Shown piece by piece: positions 7,821-15,276 of a stretch of DNA of 24,000 nucleotides (its first letter is position 1; every line of letters begins with the position of its first letter). The notes under the pieces are model-generated. The model was not told the DNA's origin. It made no database searches and was given only the letters and a program-made list of their open reading frames with translations. The DNA lies in assembly GCF_034334985.1 (NCBI RefSeq), contig NZ_JAWXXL010000008.1, positions 65,041 through 89,040 of the forward strand, read 5' to 3'. Origin of the DNA: Acutalibacter intestini. Its GTDB lineage: Bacteria > Bacillota > Clostridia > Oscillospirales > Acutalibacteraceae. A program made the translations under genes and the position numbers.

Positions 7821-8150
7821 ATGGAATTCAATCGAGCTGAGGTGGGTCGCAGGATAGCAAAGCGGCGTAAGGAATTGGGCGTAAAACAAAATGTGCTTGC
7901 AGAGAAACTGGGGTATCATAAAAATCATCTCTCCGGAATTGAACACGGTCGGATTGCTCCGAGCATGGATTTGTTTGTAGGAATATGCAAGGAACTAAAT
8001 GTGTCTCCGAACTACCTACTAGAGGGTGCCATGCACCCAGAAAATGTTCCTCTTGACATTGTGGCTGACATAAACAGATGCAGGGATGAGGATAAGGAGG
8101 TCATCGCAGAAATCGTTAAAATCTACGTTGACAAAGCTGAAAAAACGTGA
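7821..8150 (+). CDS. XRE-family HTH transcriptional regulator.
   Basis: IAKRRKELGVKQNVLAEKLGYHKNHLSGIEHGRIAPSMDLFVGICKELNVSPNYLL. ATG 7821 follows AGGAGA. Confidence 0.9.
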   Translation: MEFNRAEVGRRIAKRRKELGVKQNVLAEKLGYHKNHLSGIEHGRIAPSMDLFVGICKELNVSPNYLLEGAMHPENVPLDIVADINRCRDEDKEVIAEIVKIYVDKAEKT

Positions 8151-8175
8151 CATCCATGCACAAATAAGGTATAAT
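8147..8175 (+). promoter_or_regulatory. Sigma-A-like promoter for the response-regulator/kinase pair.
   Basis: GTGACA (8147-8152), 17 nt, TATAAT (8170-8175), overlapping the end of the XRE gene. Confidence 0.45.
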
Positions 8176-8199
8176 ATATCTTGAGGAGGGATGTCTCCA

Positions 8200-8916
8200 A
8201 TGAGGATAGTGTTCTGTGATGACGATGTAACCGTTATGGATAAGCTGGAGAAGTATCTTCGGGCATATTTCAGTGAGAATAAATTGAAACAGCCTGAGTA
8301 CGAAGCTTACATCAATGGAGAGGAATTACTGAATTCAGACAAGAGAATTGATATAGCTTTTCTTGATGTGGAGATGCCAGGTATAGACGGTATCACAGTT
8401 GGAGCTAGGTTAAAGGCCCGGTTTCCCTATGTGAAAATCATAATACTTACGTCATTTTCGGACTACTTGGACGAAGCTATGAAATTTCATGTGTTTCGCT
8501 ACTTATCAAAGCCGCTTGAGAAAAGTCGCTTATATAGAAACATGAAAGAGGCATTGTATCAAATCAGTGTTGATACAAAACCTGTGTTGATTGAAACCGC
8601 CGATGAGTCCGTCACAAGATTTGCCGATGAAGTGATTATGGTAGAGGCAAACAAGCACAAGGTGAAAGTTTTTACTGTGGATAAGGTATACGATTCCGTT
8701 CAACCGATGAAACATTGGGAAACTCTTTTGGAAATAGGAAGTTTCTACCATACCCATCGCAGCTACATTGTAAATATGAAGTTTGTTCGCTCCTTCGATG
8801 CAACTACACTCAAGATGGGTTCACCAAGCGGTGAGAACCATCGGGCGTATATGGCCCGCAGAAAGTATCCAGGATTCAAGAGTGCATATGTGCGGTTTCT
8901 GGAGGCGATGAAATAA
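8200..8916 (+). CDS. LytTR-family response regulator (AgrA-like).
   Basis: Receiver domain (MRIVFCDDD..., IAFLDVEMPGIDG, IIILTS) followed by a LytTR DNA-binding domain (FYHTHRSYIVNMKFV). ATG 8200 lies 10 nt after GAGGAGG; ATG 8191 abuts the SD. Confidence 0.93.
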   Translation: MRIVFCDDDVTVMDKLEKYLRAYFSENKLKQPEYEAYINGEELLNSDKRIDIAFLDVEMPGIDGITVGARLKARFPYVKIIILTSFSDYLDEAMKFHVFRYLSKPLEKSRLYRNMKEALYQISVDTKPVLIETADESVTRFADEVIMVEANKHKVKVFTVDKVYDSVQPMKHWETLLEIGSFYHTHRSYIVNMKFVRSFDATTLKMGSPSGENHRAYMARRKYPGFKSAYVRFLEAMK

Positions 8917-10220
8917 TGCAAACAATCACCTTTATCTGTGTCTACTTAGTAGAGGGGATAACTGCTTGGCAGTATTTTTCCTCCCTGTTTATTCCGAAAA
9001 AGAAGCCCATCATACGAATTTCGCTATTTATACTTGGGTATGCACTCGGTTGTCTGCTATTCAATTTATCTATAATTTGGATTAATACAATTTTCTTTAC
9101 CCTGCTCAATTTATTACTGCTTAAGTCTTTCTATATTTGTTCCTGGAAAAGCTGCATTTATCATACTGTGTTGCTGACTTGCCTTACTTTAGGCACAGAA
9201 ATTCTCGTGGAGTTTCTCCTTGGAATGCTTTTCGGAGGGGCTGAGAAATATCAGGACAGCCTTCCAATTCTAGTTTTTCTCTGTGTTTTTAGTAAACTAC
9301 TCTATTACACACTGACAAAACTGTGCATCCGCCTTTCACCCAAATCATTGACAAATATACACGATGCAGGCCCCATCGCGCTTTTGCTAGGCAGTTTCTC
9401 GTTTTCAACGATTTTCATTCTGCTCATTATGGCGTACTCAGCGCTGTATTGTAATTTGCCGCCCTTTATTGAAACCTTGATGATGGTAGGAGCGCTGATC
9501 CTTCTTCTTTCTGCCTTGGCAATATTTGCAGGATATCAGTATAGTCAGAAGCTTAATAAGGAGAATCTAGAACTCCAGTTGATAAAGCAGAAGGATCAGG
9601 TGGAAGGAGAATATTTCAGTGCTCTTGAGGATCAATATGAACGTCAGCAGGTCCTGCTCCACGATTTACGGCGGCATCTTACTGCCATCAAAGAATTTGC
9701 GCTGGAGAATGAAGACCAACAGGTGGTGCACTATGTCTCCAATTTACAAAACCTCCCAGCGCTTCAGCGAAAGCTGAAATATTGTGAGAACCTAATGCTA
9801 AATGTGGTTCTAGCCCGTTATAAGGAACTAAGCGATGAGAAAGGCATCCAGTTTTCCGCAGATGTCCGAGATGTAGATATGGATTTTTTGGCGCAAAACG
9901 ACATAACCGCTCTGTTCGGGAATTTGCTGGAGAACGCTGTGGAGTCTGCTGAAAATTCAGAAAAGCCCTATATTGAGCTTATAATTGGCTCCAACGGAGA
10001 TACACATTCTGATGCTAAGCTCTTTGTTTCCCTGACAAACTCCTGCGACAATGAGCCACTTAAAGACAGTGCCGGTAATTTTCTGACACACAAACTAAAC
10101 AAGGAGTGGCATGGAATGGGGCAGAAAAGTATTAAGAGAGCCGTGAAGAAATATGGCGGTACTTTAGAACACCAATATTGCAAGGAAACTCATCTGTTCC
10201 ACACGTCCATTTTATTTTGA
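8916..10220 (+). CDS. AgrC-type (HPK10) sensor histidine kinase with GHKL ATPase.
   Basis: About 6 N-terminal transmembrane helices, H-box LLHDLRRHLTAI, N-box NLLENAVES, G-box HGMGQKSIKRAVKKYGG. ATGA overlap with the regulator gene. Confidence 0.9.
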   Translation: MQTITFICVYLVEGITAWQYFSSLFIPKKKPIIRISLFILGYALGCLLFNLSIIWINTIFFTLLNLLLLKSFYICSWKSCIYHTVLLTCLTLGTEILVEFLLGMLFGGAEKYQDSLPILVFLCVFSKLLYYTLTKLCIRLSPKSLTNIHDAGPIALLLGSFSFSTIFILLIMAYSALYCNLPPFIETLMMVGALILLLSALAIFAGYQYSQKLNKENLELQLIKQKDQVEGEYFSALEDQYERQQVLLHDLRRHLTAIKEFALENEDQQVVHYVSNLQNLPALQRKLKYCENLMLNVVLARYKELSDEKGIQFSADVRDVDMDFLAQNDITALFGNLLENAVESAENSEKPYIELIIGSNGDTHSDAKLFVSLTNSCDNEPLKDSAGNFLTHKLNKEWHGMGQKSIKRAVKKYGGTLEHQYCKETHLFHTSILF

Positions 10221-10241
10221 GAAAGTACACTGTGATATGAA

Positions 10242-10285
10242 CACCCCCTTTTTGACCATGCTTGTCAAAAAGGGGTGCTTTTTTG
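10242..10285 (+). terminator. Rho-independent terminator of the regulator/kinase operon.
   Basis: CACCCCCTTTTTGAC, catgctt, GTCAAAAAGGGGTG, followed by CTTTTTT. Confidence 0.8.
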
Positions 10286-10357
10286 CAGAAAACCCACTGC
10301 TTTCTAGGGCTCCCGGCGCTTTAACACACTAAAAATAAATCGATACAAGAATACTTA

Positions 10358-10429
10358 TATACCAAAATATGCCGTTTTTTAACCGTTCGTGCAGAGCTAC
10401 TTGAAAAGGAAAACCGCTTGTGCTAAACT
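10358..10429 (+). promoter_or_regulatory. Promoter of the Cys-rich secreted-protein gene, with the same LytTR-box layout as the agrD promoter.
   Basis: TATACCAAAATATGCCGTTTTTTAACCGTTCGTGCAGAG, ctac, TTGAAA (-35), 17 nt, (TGc)TAAACT (-10). The proximal 18-mer matches the agrD-side 18-mer at 16 of 18 positions, with identical offsets to the -35 and -10. Confidence 0.55.
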
Positions 10430-10627
10430 ATGGGCAGTTGAACGAAACCCGAACCGCAGACCGGTTTTCATTCAATCAGCGCTGGCCAGCGTGATTTTCT
10501 AAAGGAGTTTGAGTCGCGTCTCTGCGGGAGCGTTTCGACTCCTGTCCGCCCCGGCACTTGTGCGTGGGATATAAACATAAGGCAAGTCTTTTGCTTGCGT
10601 GATATCAGAAGAAAGGAAGTCATCAAT

Positions 10628-10969
10628 ATGACAAAAAGATTTGTTTCTCTGCTCATGGCTTTGATGCTGATTATTGGCATCTTTGCAGTACCGGCTTTGG
10701 CGGCCCAAGGCGATGACGGCATCGAGCCCCATACAAGAGTTTGGTGTGCGAACTGCGGAGCCCTTGATGGAAATCAACAGTATCGGTGGGATAGGGTTGA
10801 CTGGAGCGACCGTACCGTGGCCTGTACAATGGGCGCGGGCGGATGCGGCGGCGATTATACCGCAAGGAAGTATACGGGACTTCGGTGTTCAAGCTGCCTC
10901 TATGTGTATAATAGTAAGCACGTTGATACTGGCAAATTTTGCCCTGGCTTTGGCGGCTATTACTATTAA
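10628..10969 (+). CDS. Small secreted Cys-rich protein (113-aa precursor), function unknown.
   Basis: Signal peptide MTKRFVSLLMALMLIIGIFAVPALAAQG (AxA site). The mature part has 7 Cys, including CANC and CSSC knuckles, and a Gly/Tyr-rich C-terminus. ATG 10628 follows GAAAGGAAG. Confidence 0.75.
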   Translation: MTKRFVSLLMALMLIIGIFAVPALAAQGDDGIEPHTRVWCANCGALDGNQQYRWDRVDWSDRTVACTMGAGGCGGDYTARKYTGLRCSSCLYVYNSKHVDTGKFCPGFGGYYY

Positions 10970-11063
10970 AATATAGCCCGATATATAAAGGGCGCATGGC
11001 CATTCTAGTCTTTCTATAAAAAACTGCATATACACATAATTAAAACAAAAATGGAAAGCATTG

Positions 11064-11110
11064 GGCAGAATCCGATTAGGCACACGATTGATTCTGCCTA
11101 TATGCTATTT
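11064..11110 (+). terminator. Hairpin, possible terminator after the Cys-rich protein gene.
   Basis: GGCAGAATC (11064-11072) pairs with GATTCTGCC (11090-11098), followed by TATATGCTATTTT. The U-tract is weak. Confidence 0.35.
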
Positions 11111-11124
11111 TGGGAGGTTTAACG

Positions 11125-12474
11125 ATGAAAACAAGGATTACAAAAAGAATAATCCATGCTCTTTTGTTGATTAATGCTCTTTCCGTTTTTACATTCTTCT
11201 ATGGATGTGAAAGTATGGAAAATAAAAGTGAGGAGAAAATTGATTCAACGTCTTCTGAAGGTTCTCCTATGGAAGTCCTCGAAATCTGCATTGACTCTCA
11301 GATCGATCCTTCTGTAATGGAATCGAGTTTTCTCGAATCAATGGAGTTGGTTCCCGGTTATCAAGAAGACTTTACCGTAAGCGTTTCCAGCCTTCCGGGG
11401 GATGTAGTTTTGTCAGAACAGGATTTGAACAATAGGGAAAACGCGCTTGTACGAATTAAAACGGAAATAATGGCCGGCGGCGGGCCGGATTTATTTATAT
11501 GCGTTTGCCCCAGGCCGAGCTATGGCACAGAGCGGACAAATCGTAAAGGACTATTTCCCTATCCCGAATCAGCTATGGAGTCAAATCTCTTCCTTGATTT
11601 AAGCGCAGTTATTTCACAATCGAAATTGATTGAATGGGATAACCTGGTTCCACAAATAATGGATGTCGGAAAGTACAAAGAGAATCAATTTATACTACCC
11701 TTGACCTATACATTTGGAATAACTGGCTTCGAGCGTAATTTGCACAAAATGGCAAGCGTTTCTCCGATGACACGATTTGACCAGCTCAACAGTAAGAATG
11801 GTAGCATCCGGCAGGCTGGCCATACAAATGAAATTTTTTCCGTATTTGGTAGAATCGCGGACTATGAAAATGACATCTTAACTTTCACAGAAAACGACTT
11901 ATTGACCTGCATAAAGGATTATTGGAAACCGTTGGATTTATCAGAGGATGAATTTCCTGATACTCCCGCAGGACTCATGGTTGGGTTGCCAAATATGCTA
12001 AATGACAAAGGAAAGATGAGGTTTGGGCAAAATTCCCCTGAATATATTTTTATCCCACAGTACAACACAATCAGTGGTGTTACCGCATATATAACGTCAT
12101 TTATAGCAGTTAATCGGAATACGCAGTACCCGAAAGAGGCACTCGCCATCATTGAAATCCTCATGAGTAAGGAAGGGCAGCAGAACGCCCCATTGTATGG
12201 TGACTTGTACGGGATGCCCACCCACATGGAAGTTGGTAGCGAGGACTCACCTGCCTATAGCTCTTACGGTCCATGGTATATGAACGATGCAAATTTCAAT
12301 GAGTTTTGCAAGTTGCGTGGCCAAATAAACGCGGTTAACTTCTTCACTCCATTGGAGGCGGAAATCGACAAAATGCTGTGGACCTGTTATGAAACCGAAC
12401 TGACAGATGTCGAAATAGAAGAGCTTGTATCAGACTCTTACCGTGTTATGACTATGATGATTGGGGAAAGCTGA
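11125..12474 (+). CDS. ABC-transporter extracellular solute-binding lipoprotein (carbohydrate/CUT1-like).
   Basis: Signal peptide ending FFYGC (lipobox-like). About 450 aa, placed immediately upstream of two CUT1-type permeases. GGGAGG lies 7 nt before ATG 11125. Confidence 0.8.
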   Translation: MKTRITKRIIHALLLINALSVFTFFYGCESMENKSEEKIDSTSSEGSPMEVLEICIDSQIDPSVMESSFLESMELVPGYQEDFTVSVSSLPGDVVLSEQDLNNRENALVRIKTEIMAGGGPDLFICVCPRPSYGTERTNRKGLFPYPESAMESNLFLDLSAVISQSKLIEWDNLVPQIMDVGKYKENQFILPLTYTFGITGFERNLHKMASVSPMTRFDQLNSKNGSIRQAGHTNEIFSVFGRIADYENDILTFTENDLLTCIKDYWKPLDLSEDEFPDTPAGLMVGLPNMLNDKGKMRFGQNSPEYIFIPQYNTISGVTAYITSFIAVNRNTQYPKEALAIIEILMSKEGQQNAPLYGDLYGMPTHMEVGSEDSPAYSSYGPWYMNDANFNEFCKLRGQINAVNFFTPLEAEIDKMLWTCYETELTDVEIEELVSDSYRVMTMMIGES

Positions 12475-12475
12475 C

Positions 12476-13342
12476 ATGATATTCCGTTTTAAACTTTCTC
12501 TACAAGGCTACCTCCTAATCACCCCCCTCCTCCTCGGCTGCCTCCTATTCTACGCCATCCCCTTCGTGCTGGTGGTGCAATACTCTCTCAGCACCGGCAG
12601 CGGCGGGGCCAGCAATTTCATCGGCTTCATCAACTACCAGGATGTGAGTGCCAACGGCATGTTCACCCTGGCCTTTGGCAACACCATGCGCTTTCTTGCG
12701 GCGGCCCTGCCCCTCATCATGGTGCTGGCCTACGCCATCGCCCTGCTCATGCAGAAACACGCCAACAAGCATAAACTGCTCAAATCCGTGTTCCTGTTCC
12801 CCTACATCATGCCGGTGGTGGGCGCGGTCATTCTGGTGGAACTGCTCTTTGCCGACAGTGGCCTAATTCCCAGCATTGCCAATGCCCTGGGCCTGCCCCT
12901 GGTAGACTGGTTGGGCGGACCCGCGGCGTTTGGCGTGGTACTGCTGCTCTATCTCTGGAAGAACACCGGTTACAGCGTGATTCTGCTGCTGGCCGGGCTT
13001 GTTACCATCCCGGAGGAGCAATACTCTGCCGCCGATCTGGACGGAGCCTCCGACTGGCAGAAGTTCTTCTACATCACCACGCCGCAGATGTGGTACTCGG
13101 TGTTCTTCGCCATCATCTTCTCGCTGATCAACGCCTTCAAGTGTTTCCGGGAGATTTTCCTCATCGGCGGCACCCATCCCAACGAAAACATCTACATGCT
13201 CCAGCACTTCCTCAACAACAGCTTTGAGAATCTGAATTACGCTAAGCTGTCCGTGGCCTCGGTGCTGCTCTTGGTTGTGGTTCTGGTAGTATTTGCCGTG
13301 TTCTACGGGTTCGTTCGCAGGAAGGAGGCGTTCCGGGCATGA
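12476..13342 (+). CDS. Carbohydrate ABC-transporter permease (MalF/UgpA-like).
   Basis: Six transmembrane segments and an EAA loop, IPEEQYSAADLDGASDWQKFFYITTPQM. Confidence 0.92.
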   Translation: MIFRFKLSLQGYLLITPLLLGCLLFYAIPFVLVVQYSLSTGSGGASNFIGFINYQDVSANGMFTLAFGNTMRFLAAALPLIMVLAYAIALLMQKHANKHKLLKSVFLFPYIMPVVGAVILVELLFADSGLIPSIANALGLPLVDWLGGPAAFGVVLLLYLWKNTGYSVILLLAGLVTIPEEQYSAADLDGASDWQKFFYITTPQMWYSVFFAIIFSLINAFKCFREIFLIGGTHPNENIYMLQHFLNNSFENLNYAKLSVASVLLLVVVLVVFAVFYGFVRRKEAFRA

Positions 13343-14112
13343 AGAAAACTTACAAAATCAGCGAGGCAATTGCGCTTTTATTGGCAGCTATTTCTGTTTT
13401 ACCCTTCTGTTATGTGTTGGCGCTCAGCTTTCTGCCTGCTGGCGGCGGCATCACATTTGACTATTATTACGATGTGTTCCTGGGTTCGCCCCAATACCTG
13501 CTGCGGTTCTGGAAAAGCATGGGCATCTGCCTGTGCATCGTGGCGGGACAGCTTGTGGTATCCGTACTGGCGGGGTACGGGTTTGCCAAGTGTGAGTTCA
13601 AGGGACGGGACACCATCCTTTTCGTGCTCATGATTCTCATGGTCCTGCCCCTGCAGGTTACCTTGGCCCCCAACTACATTATGCTTGACAAATTGGGCCT
13701 GCTGGATACCTACTCAGCCCTAATTCTTCCGTCCATCTTCATGCCCCTGGGCACGTTCATCCTGACCCAGAGTTTCAAGTCCGTCAGCGACGACATCATT
13801 GACGCCGCCAAGTTGGACGGCTGCGGTCTGTTCCGTCTGCTGACAAAAGTCATCCTGCCCATGAACACCAGTGGGCTGGTCTGCGTCACGCTGCTGTCGT
13901 TCTTAGACGGATGGAATATGGTAGAACAGCCCATCGCCTATATCAAGGACTTTCTTCGCTACCCCCTCTCGGTGGCACTGGCATATGTGCCGCCCGCTGA
14001 CCCGACGTTGCAATTGGTCTGCTGTATTCTGGTGGTGCTGCCGCCCCTGTTCCTGTTTACCTATTTTAACCGGGAACTGGTGGAGGGCATCGTCCTGGCG
14101 GAGGTGAAATGA
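13339..14112 (+). CDS. Carbohydrate ABC-transporter permease (MalG/UgpE-like).
   Basis: EAA loop DDIIDAAKLDGCGLFRLLTKVILPM. ATGA overlap with the upstream permease. Confidence 0.92.
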   Translation: MKKTYKISEAIALLLAAISVLPFCYVLALSFLPAGGGITFDYYYDVFLGSPQYLLRFWKSMGICLCIVAGQLVVSVLAGYGFAKCEFKGRDTILFVLMILMVLPLQVTLAPNYIMLDKLGLLDTYSALILPSIFMPLGTFILTQSFKSVSDDIIDAAKLDGCGLFRLLTKVILPMNTSGLVCVTLLSFLDGWNMVEQPIAYIKDFLRYPLSVALAYVPPADPTLQLVCCILVVLPPLFLFTYFNRELVEGIVLAEVK

Positions 14113-15221
14113 TGAGGAAGATAGACAAAAACGACCCGTATGAGAAGTATTTGTTTAGTGACCGGCCGCCCTGGAAACCCACCACACTAAAGCAGAAAGC
14201 CTTGTGGGTATCCGCCCTGGTCTTTTGGCTGATTGCCGCCTGCACCCTTTTCGCTGTTAAAAATCAGGAGCTGATGACCCCGCAGGTTACCACTGTGAGT
14301 GCCGAAAACAGCTACAACTCAGGTTCCCCGGCAAAGCTGCCTCTTGACTGCCTGCAGTTGGACAGCGAAGGTGGGATGCACCTTTACGAGATTTATGAGG
14401 GTACCGGCTGGGAGGCTGGGGTGCGGGTCCGGGAGGTACAGGGGTTCTCCTTGGACGAAGACAATGTACTCCTGGACAATGGCGGCTGGGGGGAGTATGT
14501 CCAGTATGCCTCAAAGACTCTGACCGATGGCGAGCTGGTGGAGGTGATTCGGGGCGGGGAAAAAGCCGCTGACCACTGGCTTGCCGTGTTCCCGGAGGAC
14601 GCGCCGGAGCCAGATCATCTCCCTAGTGGCGTGGAGATCGTGGCCCAGGACGGCAACGCCCTACTGCTGTCCGTGGAATCTGACCAGCAGCCCTTCATGG
14701 AGGGCCGGGCCAAGAGCCTTGTGCCGGAGCTTTCCGGGGCCAGGATCTATAGCTTGTCTGCCATGGAGCAGTTCCAGGGCAATTTCATCTGCATGGGCCT
14801 GCTGCTCATGATATTTGTCATCCTGTTCTGGATGTGGGGCTACGCCTGGTATGAGAATCAGCTTGACAAAAGGTATCCCCGGATGTGGCCCATGAGCGTT
14901 GGCATCAGCGTGGTGCTTTTGGGCGGCATAGCGGTGATCCTGCACTTTGTGAACCTGCCCTCCTCCCTGTTGCCGCCGGAGCAGATCACGGACCTGTGGT
15001 ATTACGGCCACGATTTTGGCCAGGCTTTCCCAGCCCTGGAGCGCTTTGGGGAGCAGTTTGAGAGAGGGAACCGGCTGGTTATAATGCAGACGGTCGCACT
15101 CTTTTGCAGTCTTGGGTTTATGGCCGTGGGCGCGGGGATCGGCTACCTGATTGCGCGGGTGGAAGAGTTTTATATGGAGGAGATCTGCGTTAAGAGGATG
15201 CGCCGGGGGGAATGGCGGTAA
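14109..15221 (+). CDS. Hypothetical polytopic membrane protein coupled to the ABC permeases.
   Basis: ATGA overlap at 14109-14112. One N-terminal transmembrane helix, an extracytoplasmic segment of about 170 aa, then 4-5 C-terminal transmembrane helices. No motif recognised. Confidence 0.7.
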   Translation: MMRKIDKNDPYEKYLFSDRPPWKPTTLKQKALWVSALVFWLIAACTLFAVKNQELMTPQVTTVSAENSYNSGSPAKLPLDCLQLDSEGGMHLYEIYEGTGWEAGVRVREVQGFSLDEDNVLLDNGGWGEYVQYASKTLTDGELVEVIRGGEKAADHWLAVFPEDAPEPDHLPSGVEIVAQDGNALLLSVESDQQPFMEGRAKSLVPELSGARIYSLSAMEQFQGNFICMGLLLMIFVILFWMWGYAWYENQLDKRYPRMWPMSVGISVVLLGGIAVILHFVNLPSSLLPPEQITDLWYYGHDFGQAFPALERFGEQFERGNRLVIMQTVALFCSLGFMAVGAGIGYLIARVEEFYMEEICVKRMRRGEWR

Positions 15222-15245
15222 CTGACGGAGGATGAAAAAGGGGAG

Positions 15246-15276
15246 GACGCCGCAATTTTTAGCGGCGCCCTTTTTT
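15246..15276. terminator. Bidirectional terminator hairpin between convergent genes.
   Basis: CGCCGC (15248-15253), aattttta, GCGGCG (15262-15267), then TTTTTT on the plus strand. On the minus strand the hairpin is followed by TCCTCCCCTTTTTC. Confidence 0.6.

Noticed and set aside
8225-8240. A third LytTR-like half-site, TAACCGTTAT, inside the response-regulator gene.
   Set aside because: It lies within coding sequence, lacks the rest of the 18-mer and the 21-bp partner box, and mismatches the consensus at position 8. It is probably chance.
10468-11083. ORFs overlapping the Cys-rich protein gene: 10468-10722, 10499-10777, 10671-11003, 10674-10976 and 10889-11083.
   Set aside because: Only the 10628-10969 frame has an RBS and a canonical signal peptide. 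The others are off-frame or antisense.
12545-15011. Short ORFs overlapping the permease and membrane genes: 12545-12772, 12863-13207, 13467-13673, 14287-14514 and 14661-15011.
   Set aside because: They are antisense or off-frame to genes with clear EAA-loop permease signatures, and have low-complexity Gly/His/Pro/Arg composition.
11125-15221. The missing ATPase gene in the ABC importer operon as an anomaly.
   Set aside because: CUT1-family sugar importers in Firmicutes commonly share an ATPase encoded elsewhere (MsmX/MsmK type), so its absence is expected.
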